Shown piece after piece: positions 35,291 to 43,281 of a stretch of 64,000 nucleotides of DNA. Positions within the stretch are counted from its first letter, which is position 1. Every line of letters begins with the position of its first letter. The stretch is taken from contig VXNF01000108.1 of NCBI GenBank assembly GCA_009840735.1, positions 10,757 to 74,756 on the forward strand, read 5' to 3'. Below the pieces are notes generated by a model that saw only the letters and a program-made list of their open reading frames with translations, did not search any database and was not told the DNA's origin. The DNA is from Acidimicrobiia bacterium. GTDB taxonomy: Bacteria > Actinomycetota > Acidimicrobiia > Acidimicrobiales > CATQHL01. A program made the translations under genes and the position numbers.

Positions 35291-36423
35291 ACGACCCTCA
35301 GTTCTGTGGCCAGACGCTCGAACGTCGCCGTCTTCTTGAAGCCAAGCATCCGGAATGCGTCCGTGTAGAGAGTCTGACCCTCGAGGGTGCTGGCGATCAC
35401 CGACCGAGCGAAGAGCTTGCTGACCCTCACCGGTTGCGCGTGGTAGTAGTTGCCGCCGTCCCCGCCGAGACCCATCACGCGGCCCATCTCACCGGCGTAG
35501 GCAGTGCGGAAGTCCTGCCAGTTGAGGTAGCCGGCTTCGCGGAGTCGGCGCAACACGACAAGGGTGCTGCACCGGAACAGGCGAGCAAGCCGGTCGAGTT
35601 CTCGGGTCCGGTCGGTTTCGGGGTTGAACTCCGCCCGCAAACGCTCCAGCGGAACGAGCAACTCTGCGGCGACCTGGTTGCACCATCGCTCGACGTCGGG
35701 CGTTGGCCTGCCACCGAGGTCGGCGTCTGAGAGCGCGCTCTCTGCCAGCCAGATGTGTGCCAGTTCATGGGCGAGCGTGAAGACTTGGGCCGCCTTCGTG
35801 TCGGCACCGTTGACGAAGACGACCGGCGCTCGATCGTCGACCAGCGCGAACCCCCGGAATTCGCGAGGGTCGAGCTTACGGTGGGTGTTACTGCCGACGA
35901 TTCCGCTGATCATGACGAGAACTCCCAGCGTCTCGGCTTGGTCGCGCAGCCGGGCGAGCGCTTCGCTCCAACCGCCGCCCCGGCTCTCAACGGCAAAATC
36001 CAAAGCGGCTGTCATGGTGCGAGCCGCGATAGAGATCGGCGATGCTGTGGTGAGCGAGCCCACGACCTCGACACGGTCGAACCCGTTCCGGAGGGCGTGC
36101 TCGTGGTACCAGTCCTGCCGTTGCTGGCACTGGTAGATGGTGTCGAGGAGGTTCGCGCTCGGCCTCGCCGGGGGTCTGTCACCGATTGTGCGAAAGTCCG
36201 GGATCGGGAGTCGCTCCTCGGGTGGTGCGGCCAGGAAGAAGAAGCCGATCGGCGTGTAGGTGCGGGCAGCGAACGCCTCCAACTGCTTGAACGTCGGCTG
36301 GCGGTCACCGCTCTCCCAGTCATCGAGCCGCGGAAACCTCTCCGCCGCGGTCTCCCGGTCGAGCCCGGCGCGATCGAGCGCCCATCGGTACATCTCCGGC
36401 CGCACGTCGACACGCATCGTCAC
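35287..36423 (-). CDS. ImmA/IrrE-family zinc metallopeptidase fused to an N-terminal HTH-like domain (COG2856-like)
   Basis: 378 aa. Zn motif FTLAHELAHIWL, downstream ERWCNQVAAELLVP. Confidence 0.8.
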   Translation of the reverse strand: MTMRVDVRPEMYRWALDRAGLDRETAAERFPRLDDWESGDRQPTFKQLEAFAARTYTPIGFFFLAAPPEERLPIPDFRTIGDRPPARPSANLLDTIYQCQQRQDWYHEHALRNGFDRVEVVGSLTTASPISIAARTMTAALDFAVESRGGGWSEALARLRDQAETLGVLVMISGIVGSNTHRKLDPREFRGFALVDDRAPVVFVNGADTKAAQVFTLAHELAHIWLAESALSDADLGGRPTPDVERWCNQVAAELLVPLERLRAEFNPETDRTRELDRLARLFRCSTLVVLRRLREAGYLNWQDFRTAYAGEMGRVMGLGGDGGNYYHAQPVRVSKLFARSVIASTLEGQTLYTDAFRMLGFKKTATFERLATELRVV

Positions 36424-36489
36424 GGCGTCATTCTGGCCGACCGTCCGGCCCTGCGGTGATCTGGCCGTTCGGCGTATGTGCCAGGGGAA

Positions 36490-36900
36490 TCATCTGGAGG
36501 CGGCGAATGGGTTGACGACTTGGACGTCTCGGATGATCTGGCCGGCGTTGAAGTCCTCGGTGAGGAGGCGGTCGGCGCCGGCTGCGGCGGCCGCCTCGAC
36601 GATCAGGGCGTCCCAGATAGAGAGCCTCGCACTGAGGGCAGTGTCGGTTGCGCGCAGGACGAGTCGGTGATCCACTGGCACGACGCGGAGCGCGGCCATC
36701 TGGCGCACGCCCTCGCGTGCGGCCCGCGGGTCGAGGTTGAGCTTCCTGGTGGCCACCCAGAAGAACTCTGTCAGCACCTGGGTGGAGATGACAAGATCTT
36801 CAGCGGCGTCGGTGAGCGTCGCTCGAGCGACGCGCTGCTTGTCGACCTCGGCGTGGTCGTAGAGGTATACGAACACGTTCGTGTCGACGAAGGCGCTCAG
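36490..36900 (-). CDS. vapC: PIN-domain VapC-like toxin (start codon uncertain: CTG at 36900 or GTG at 36876)
   Basis: PIN acidic residues FVDTNV, VLTEF, IWDALIV and LLTEDF. The first Asp lies upstream of the first canonical start. The CTG forms a CTGA overlap with the vapB stop. Confidence 0.65.
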   Translation of the reverse strand: MSAFVDTNVFVYLYDHAEVDKQRVARATLTDAAEDLVISTQVLTEFFWVATRKLNLDPRAAREGVRQMAALRVVPVDHRLVLRATDTALSARLSIWDALIVEAAAAAGADRLLTEDFNAGQIIRDVQVVNPFAASR

Positions 36901-37142
36901 CGGCCTGTCCGTTCCCCGTAGATGTCTTCGCGGGTCCAGCCGCGGCCCGCGTTGCCGCTGGTGGCACCGGCGTCGGCGGCGAGCGCGATGAGGGTTAGCA
37001 CGGTGGCGCCCTGCTGCGAGGTGCCGGTGAAGGACACCAAGAAGTCGCGCACGGCGGCGTTCACCGACGTGCCGGACTCGAGAGCCCGGATCCGAGCGCG
37101 ACGCAGCAATTCGTCGTCGATCGCGAGTGTGAGATTCGCCAC
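36897..37142 (-). CDS. vapB: Ribbon-helix-helix VapB-like antitoxin
   Basis: 81 aa from GTG 37142: VANLTLAIDDELLRRARIRALESGTSVNAAVRDFL. The rest of the 344-aa track ORF upstream is antisense to the methylase gene and looks spurious. Confidence 0.7.
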   Translation of the reverse strand: MANLTLAIDDELLRRARIRALESGTSVNAAVRDFLVSFTGTSQQGATVLTLIALAADAGATSGNAGRGWTREDIYGERTGR

Positions 37143-37164
37143 GTAATCAGTGTACCACGTAACC
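37139..37164. promoter_or_regulatory. Direct repeat ccacgtaa-N8-ccacgtaa spanning the vapB start (candidate VapB operator)
   Basis: Read directly: ccacgtaatcagtgtaccacgtaacc. Each unit contains the ACGT palindrome core. Confidence 0.3.
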
Positions 37165-37311
37165 TGTGTGACGAGATGCGTGGAGCAACCGGCGTGTCGA
37201 GATCGTCCTTCGCTGGTGTGCGACATCTCCGCCGTCGTCGGGGCCGGGCGGCTGGGCGCGCCTCTGTCGTACCGCTTGTGTAGACCTGCGGCTGTGGAGT
37301 CGTCGCGTTCG

Positions 37312-39741
37312 GTGCCGTCGGGGCGCAAGCTTATTGAGGTGGCGTTGCCGCTGGAGGCCGTGAACGCCGCTGGGCGGGCCGAGAAGGCCGTGCCGAAGAA
37401 GGGCCATCCGGCGACGATGCACCTTTGGTGGTCCCGCAAGCCGCTGGGCGTGGCGCGGGCCGTGCTGTTCGCCTCGCTCGTGGACGACCCGTCGGCCCGG
37501 CCGGATCGATTCCCCACCGAGGCCGACCAGCAGGCCGAGCGCCGACGGTTGCTGGAGCTCGTCGAGGGGCTCTGCCGATGGGAGCGCAGCGGCGACGTTG
37601 CTCTGCTGGCGGAGGCGCAGGACCGAATCGCGGCCTCCGCGGGCGGCGATGCGCCGAGAATCATTGACCCGTTCTGCGGCGGCGGGGCCATCTCGACCGA
37701 GGCGACGCGGCTGGGGTTGAACACTCTCGCCATCGACCTGAACCCCGTCGCCAGCCTGGTGAGCGCGGCCACCCTCACGGTGGCGCAACGGTTCGCCGGG
37801 GTGCCTGCTGTCAACGGTGGGGTGCGCTCCGGCGGCGCGCCGCTGGGTGGGGGTCGTACCGGGGGTGTTCGGTCGGCGGGCGGTGCCGGCGCGGGGCGCG
37901 GCGGCGGGCTGGCGGGGATTGCGGCTGACATCGCGTTCTACGGGGCAGCCGTCGAGGGCGAGTGTCAGCGGCGCCTCGCGGGCGCTTTCGAGGCGCCTGT
38001 GAGTCCACTGTCGCCGAGCGGGCGCACGGTGGCGATCTCCTACCTGTGGGCGCGGACGATCACCTGCGCCAACCCAGGCTGCCGCCGCACCACGCCGCTG
38101 CTGTCCACCTGGTGGCTGTCCAAGAAGCGAACGAACCGCTGGCATGCCCGCCCGGTTATCGACGGCGACCGCTTCGACTTCGACGTGGCCTCCGGGCCGC
38201 CGCCCGCTGAAGTCGTTGATCTCAAGATCGGACGGGGGGCCAACTTCCGCTGCCTGTTCTGCAACACCGTGAACGACGCAGAGGCCGTGCGCCACTGGGG
38301 GCGAGAGTTCGGCTTCGGGCTGCGTCTGGTGGCCACCCAAGCGTTCGCTGACCCGCTGCGGCGCCGAGGCGGACGCGTCTGGCTGGCACCCGACGCCGCG
38401 AGCCAACAGGCGGGCCTCGCCGGCGGCGACGCCAAGTACGCCGAGGCCGTCGAGGCAGCACTGCGCCGAGAGCTGCCGACCGAGTGCGGGAACGTCACCT
38501 CGTTCGGGCTGCGCACCTTCGGCGACCTGCTGTCTCCACGCCAGCGGCGCACGATGGCCACCTTCAGCGAGGCAATAAACGGGATCACTCCCGTCGTACA
38601 CAGCGACGCGGTCGATGCCGGAATGCCCGACGGCGAAGTCGGCCTCGAGGAGGGTGGCAGCGGGGCGCGCGCCTACGCCGAGGCCATCACCACCTACCTG
38701 GCGCTCGCCCTGTCGCGCATGGCCAACCGCACGACGGCGATGACGACCCACAACCGGGCCAACGGCTCGGTGGAGCAGTCGTTCATCCGGCCCGCCTACG
38801 GGTTCTACGGTGAGTTCCCCGAGGCCAATCCCTTCTCCGGGTCGACGGGCTCCTGGGCCGGCGGTCTCGACTACGTCGTCAAGGCGGTCGAGGCTCTCCC
38901 CGCGCCCGCTCCGGCGACACGGGTCGGCCAAGCCGAAGTGCGCTGCGCCTCGATGCTCACCGCCCTCGACGGCGAGGTCGGCGTGGTCTGCACCGATCCG
39001 CCCTACTACGACATGTTCGACTACGCATCGCTGTCGAATCTGTTTCTTGTGTGGCTCAGGGCGACGCTCGGCAACGTGTGGCCAGACACGCTGGGGCCAC
39101 TCCTCGCACCCAGCGACGAGCAGATCGTCGCCAACTCGGCGCGCTCGGGGGGACACAGGGCGGCGGCGCACGCCCACTTCGAGACGCTGCTAAGCCGGGC
39201 CTTCGAGCACATGCGAGACGTCCAAGACCCCCGCTACCCGCTGACCGTCTACTACGGATACCAGCAGGGCGACAACAAGGGTAGCGGCGGGGCCTGGGAG
39301 GCTCTGCTGGAGAGCCTGATCTCGGCCGGCTTCCGGATCACCGCATCGTGGCCATTGCGCACCGAGCGGCCCGAAGGCGTCAAGAAGGGCACCAAGTCGT
39401 TGGCTTCGTCGGTGCTGCTGGTGTGCCGCGCCGCCGAGGACGGAGCTGGGCGAGCTGTGGCGACGCTTACTGACTTGAGAGGAGAGCTGCGGGCCGACCT
39501 GCCCGGCGCCATTCGGTTGTTCCAGCAAGCCAACGTCGCCCCCCTGGATCTCGCGCAGGCTGCCGTCGGGGTTGGGATGGCGGCGTACACGCGTTACGGA
39601 AGGGTGCTGGCCTCAGACGGATCGCCCATGGGCGTGCGAGCAGCCTTGGCGCTGATCAACGAGGTCTTCGACGAGACGCTCACCGACACCGGCGACGGAC
39701 GGGACGCGGAGCGCCGTGCCGCGCAGGCGCCTCGACACTGA
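37312..39741 (+). CDS. DUF1156-type DNA methyltransferase, copy 2, Zn-ribbon retained, C-terminal domain lost or decayed
   Basis: GTG 37312 gives VPSGRKLIEVALPLEAVN, parallel to copy 1. IIDPFCGGGAISTEA, CANPGC...CLFCNT (CxxC...CxxC), DPPYYDMFDYASLSNLFLVWL. Ends at an in-frame TGA about 170 aa short of copy 1. Confidence 0.8.
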   Translation: MPSGRKLIEVALPLEAVNAAGRAEKAVPKKGHPATMHLWWSRKPLGVARAVLFASLVDDPSARPDRFPTEADQQAERRRLLELVEGLCRWERSGDVALLAEAQDRIAASAGGDAPRIIDPFCGGGAISTEATRLGLNTLAIDLNPVASLVSAATLTVAQRFAGVPAVNGGVRSGGAPLGGGRTGGVRSAGGAGAGRGGGLAGIAADIAFYGAAVEGECQRRLAGAFEAPVSPLSPSGRTVAISYLWARTITCANPGCRRTTPLLSTWWLSKKRTNRWHARPVIDGDRFDFDVASGPPPAEVVDLKIGRGANFRCLFCNTVNDAEAVRHWGREFGFGLRLVATQAFADPLRRRGGRVWLAPDAASQQAGLAGGDAKYAEAVEAALRRELPTECGNVTSFGLRTFGDLLSPRQRRTMATFSEAINGITPVVHSDAVDAGMPDGEVGLEEGGSGARAYAEAITTYLALALSRMANRTTAMTTHNRANGSVEQSFIRPAYGFYGEFPEANPFSGSTGSWAGGLDYVVKAVEALPAPAPATRVGQAEVRCASMLTALDGEVGVVCTDPPYYDMFDYASLSNLFLVWLRATLGNVWPDTLGPLLAPSDEQIVANSARSGGHRAAAHAHFETLLSRAFEHMRDVQDPRYPLTVYYGYQQGDNKGSGGAWEALLESLISAGFRITASWPLRTERPEGVKKGTKSLASSVLLVCRAAEDGAGRAVATLTDLRGELRADLPGAIRLFQQANVAPLDLAQAAVGVGMAAYTRYGRVLASDGSPMGVRAALALINEVFDETLTDTGDGRDAERRAAQAPRH

Positions 39742-39891
39742 CACCGCCCGCGCCACCGAGGCGCCTGGCTGTCGCAGTTCGGCGCCCGTCGGAACCGGTC
39801 CGCCCCGACCGGCACCTTGCTACCTTTGTTCGCTCCGACGGTTGCAGTTGTCGGCTGATTCGCCGCTGGGGCCGCGGAGAGGAGTGATCTA
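39742..39891 (+). pseudogene. Frame-scrambled remnant of the methylase C-terminal domain
   Basis: By-eye matches to the copy-1 C-terminus appear in three frames: LDTDTAR vs FDYDTRW, AWLSQFG vs AVSWFAEYG, and LATFVRSDGCSCRLIRR vs LAEAGIVASGAGKVRLLRR. The segment also carries the ggagaggag RBS of the next gene. Confidence 0.3.
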
Positions 39892-42800
39892 GTGGCGCTG
39901 AGCAACCACGAGCGGATCGGCAAGGCGATCGCCCTGGTGGGCGAGGGGTTGGCGCCGTTCGTGGCCCGCGAGTGCGAGGCACAGTTCGGCCGCAGCTGGC
40001 CGGCGGCCGTGCAGCGGGTCGAGACACGGGGCGGTCGCCCGCGGCAAGTCAATCCACGAGATCCGCAGTTCTTGCTGAAGGTGCTTTGGGATGAGTGGAA
40101 CGCGGTGTTCTCGCGCAAGCTGTCGCGAGCCGACCGCAGCTATGTGGCTGAACTCCAGGCTGTGCGTAACTCATGGGCTCACAACGAGAGTTTTTCCACA
40201 GACGACGCCCTCCGCGGGCTAGACACCGCCCAGCGCTTGCTGGAGTCCGCCGCCGCCGGCGCGCAAGCGAACGAGGTAGGTGGCCTGCACCAGGAACTGC
40301 TGCGCCTGAAGTTCGAGGAGCAGAGCCGCAGCGCTCGGCGCGCCAGGGCGCAGCGCACCGAGGCCGGGGTGGCGGCCGGGCTGCCGCCGTGGCGGGAGGT
40401 CATCGAGCCGCACGACGACGTCACCTCCGGGCGTTTCGAGATGGCGCAGTACGCCGCCGACCTTCACCAGGTGTGGCGCGGCGCGGCCGCGGCCGAGTAC
40501 GGCGACCCGACCGAGTTCTACCGGCGCACCTTCATAACCGAGGGGCTCGGCAAGCTGATCACCGGCGCAGTTGAGCGTTTCGCCGGCAGCGGCGGCGACC
40601 CCGTCGTGAAGCTGCAGACCAACTTCGGCGGTGGCAAGACGCACGCCCTCATCGCCCTGTACCACCTCGCCGGCGCCGACCGTGCGGCCGACCTTCCCGG
40701 CGTGGAAGATCTTCTGACCGGCGGGGGATTGACCCTTCCCGGAACCGGGGTGCGCCGAGCGGTCCTCGTGGGGCACCAACTTGAGCCCGGGAGCGCCGCC
40801 GAGAAGCCCGACGGCACCGCAGTTAGCACCATTTGGGGTGAACTTGCCTGGCAGCTTGGTGGATCTGATGCATATTCGCTGGTGGCAGAAGCGGACCGGA
40901 CCGCCACCAGCCCCGGCGCCGCCCTCGGCGAACTCCTGGCCGCCCACGCGCCGTGCCTGATCCTGATCGACGAGTGGGTGGCCTACGCCCGCCAGCTCTA
41001 CGGGCAGCAGGGTCTGCAGGCGGGGACCTTCGACGCCCACTTCAGTTTCGCCCAGGCGCTTGCCGACGCCGTCGCCGCCACCCCGCGGGCGCTGCTGGTG
41101 GCCACCATCCCGGCCTCGCAGATCGAGGTCGGCGGTGAGGGCGGGCAGGCGGCGCTCACCCGCCTGGAGAATCTGTTCGGGCGCGTGGAGGCCAACTGGC
41201 GCACAGCCTCCACCGAGGAGAGCTTCGAGATCGTCCGGCGCCGGCTGTTCAAGCCGCTCAGCGCCGCCTCGGCCCGCAAGCGGGAGGCGGTGGCGGCCGC
41301 CTTCGCCGAGCTCTACCGGGCCAACAGCGGCGAGTTCCCGTCGGAGTGCCGGGAGGGCGAGTACCGGCGGCGGATGGTGGCCGCCTACCCGGTCCACCCG
41401 GAGTTGTTCGACCGGCTTTTTGGCGATTGGTCGAACCTGGAACGCTTCCAGCGAACCCGCGGTGTGTTGCGCCTGATGGCCAAAGTTATCCACAGTCTGT
41501 GGATGAACGAGGACGCGACTCTGCTGATCATGCCGGGCACGATTCCCGTCGACGACGCCGAAGTTGCCGCCGAAATGACCCGCTACCTGGACGATGGCTG
41601 GCGGCCGGTGCTGGAGGTGGACGTGGACGGGCCCAAGGCCCTCTCGTGGCGTCTCGACTCGGAGAACGCCCCGCTCGGCCGCTACTCGGCGGCGCGGCGG
41701 GTGGCCCGCACGGTGTACTTCGGTTCTGCGCCCAGCCAGCAGGCCGCAAACAAGGGCCTCGACGACCGTTCGATCAAGCTCGGCTGTGTCCAGCCGGGGG
41801 AGCGCCCGGCCACCTTCGGTGACGCCCTCCGGCGACTCTCGGACCGGGCCACGTACCTGTACCGCGACGCATCCCGCTACTGGTACGCGCTGGCGCCGAC
41901 GGTTACGCGCATGGCTCAGGATCGGGCCGCCGAGCTCAAGTCTCTCGACGTTGACGAGGCGATCCGCCGCCGCCTCGGCGCGCAGGCCGCCCGTCGGGGC
42001 GACTTCGCCGCTGTGCATCCTTGTGTCCGCTCGCCCGGCGAGGTGCCCGACGAGGACACGGTCCGGCTCGTGATCATCGACCCCGGCTTCGAGCACGACC
42101 GCAGCAGCAAGCTGAGCCGGGCCCAAGACTTCGCCTCGGTGGTCTTGGACGAGCGCGCCGGCGGGGCGCGGCGCCATCGCAACATGGTGGTGTTCCTAGC
42201 GGCTGACAGTGCCCGGCTCGGAGAGTTGCGCCAAGCGGCCCGGCAGTGGCTCGCCTGGGACTCCATTCGCCGCGACGGCGAGACCCTGAACCTGGACGCC
42301 TTCCAGACCCGCCAAGCGGACGCCAAGACGCAGGAGTTCGACGAGACGGTAGACCAGCGCATCGTCGAGACCTACCAGTGGGTGCTCAACCCCGAGGCGC
42401 ACGAGAACGACCCGACGGGGCCAATGACCTGGGACACGTTCCGGCTGCCGAGTGTCGGCGTGGGGCGAGCCGGCGCCGGCTCGGAGTCGCTGGCCGAACG
42501 GGTCTCTCGCAAGCTGATCGCCGATGAGAGCCTGGTGCCCGGCTACTCCGGTCCTCGGCTGCGGCTGGACATCGACCGGGTGCCGCTGTGGCGAGGCTCG
42601 GAGGTCAGCGTGGCGCAGCTTTGGGGCGACTTCACCCAGTACCTGTATCTGCCCCGGCTTCGGGATCGGTCGGTGCTGGATGAAGCGGTGCGCGACGGCG
42701 TGGCCTCGCTGACTTGGCGGGCCGACGGCTTCGCTTACGCGGAGGCCCGCGGCGCTGTGGGCGCGGGCGGGGAGAGTGGCCGCTACGTCGGTTTGCGGGC

Positions 42801-43218
42801 GGGCGAGGCCCTCCTCGCACCCGCGCCGAGCGGTCTGGTGGTCCACCCGGACGTGGCTGCTGGGCAACTGGCCGCTGAACGGGCCGAGAGCCTCGACCGC
42901 CCCGATGAACCCGGAGGAGCGGCCGACGGCGACTTTGACTCACCGGGTGATGACGAGCCCGACCCGGCGCCCGGCCGTCCGCCCCTGCCCACCCGCTACT
43001 GGGGCCGGGTCACGCTGGACTCGCTGCACTGGACCCGAGCGGCCGCCGACATCGCCGACGCCATCGTCAACCAGCTCGCCCGCACGGACGGCGCCCGCGT
43101 CGAGATCACCATCGAGGTGGAAGGCACCGCCCCGGAGGGATTCGACGAGGCCACCCAGCGCACCGTTCGGGAGAATGCCGCCACACTGAAGTTCACGACC
43201 GGCGAATTCGAAGCCTGA
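39892..43218 (+). CDS. DUF499-type P-loop ATPase (COG1483-like) with N-terminal Swt1-like HEPN domain
   Basis: 1108 aa. HEPN Rx4H motif AVRNSWAHNE, P-loop NFGGGKTHAL, Walker B CLILIDEWVAY. Strong RBS ggagaggag 7 nt upstream of the GTG. Confidence 0.85.
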   Translation: MALSNHERIGKAIALVGEGLAPFVARECEAQFGRSWPAAVQRVETRGGRPRQVNPRDPQFLLKVLWDEWNAVFSRKLSRADRSYVAELQAVRNSWAHNESFSTDDALRGLDTAQRLLESAAAGAQANEVGGLHQELLRLKFEEQSRSARRARAQRTEAGVAAGLPPWREVIEPHDDVTSGRFEMAQYAADLHQVWRGAAAAEYGDPTEFYRRTFITEGLGKLITGAVERFAGSGGDPVVKLQTNFGGGKTHALIALYHLAGADRAADLPGVEDLLTGGGLTLPGTGVRRAVLVGHQLEPGSAAEKPDGTAVSTIWGELAWQLGGSDAYSLVAEADRTATSPGAALGELLAAHAPCLILIDEWVAYARQLYGQQGLQAGTFDAHFSFAQALADAVAATPRALLVATIPASQIEVGGEGGQAALTRLENLFGRVEANWRTASTEESFEIVRRRLFKPLSAASARKREAVAAAFAELYRANSGEFPSECREGEYRRRMVAAYPVHPELFDRLFGDWSNLERFQRTRGVLRLMAKVIHSLWMNEDATLLIMPGTIPVDDAEVAAEMTRYLDDGWRPVLEVDVDGPKALSWRLDSENAPLGRYSAARRVARTVYFGSAPSQQAANKGLDDRSIKLGCVQPGERPATFGDALRRLSDRATYLYRDASRYWYALAPTVTRMAQDRAAELKSLDVDEAIRRRLGAQAARRGDFAAVHPCVRSPGEVPDEDTVRLVIIDPGFEHDRSSKLSRAQDFASVVLDERAGGARRHRNMVVFLAADSARLGELRQAARQWLAWDSIRRDGETLNLDAFQTRQADAKTQEFDETVDQRIVETYQWVLNPEAHENDPTGPMTWDTFRLPSVGVGRAGAGSESLAERVSRKLIADESLVPGYSGPRLRLDIDRVPLWRGSEVSVAQLWGDFTQYLYLPRLRDRSVLDEAVRDGVASLTWRADGFAYAEARGAVGAGGESGRYVGLRAGEALLAPAPSGLVVHPDVAAGQLAAERAESLDRPDEPGGAADGDFDSPGDDEPDPAPGRPPLPTRYWGRVTLDSLHWTRAAADIADAIVNQLARTDGARVEITIEVEGTAPEGFDEATQRTVRENAATLKFTTGEFEA

Positions 43219-43281
43219 GTCGTCGCGGGCGAGGCGGCCTCTGAGCGAGGGGACGACGCCTAGGCTGGGGATCCTCTCGCT

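Noticed and set aside
37143-37931. Upstream 263 codons of the 344-aa track ORF 36897..37931 (minus)
   Set aside because: Only the last 81 codons (from GTG 37142) look like a protein (an RHH antitoxin). The rest is Pro/Ala/Ser/Arg-rich and antisense to the well-supported methylase copy 2.
39739-39741. The in-frame TGA in methylase copy 2 as selenocysteine or programmed read-through
   Set aside because: I noticed no SECIS-like hairpin immediately downstream. The downstream similarity is scattered over three frames and ends after about 150 nt. Decay is the simpler explanation.
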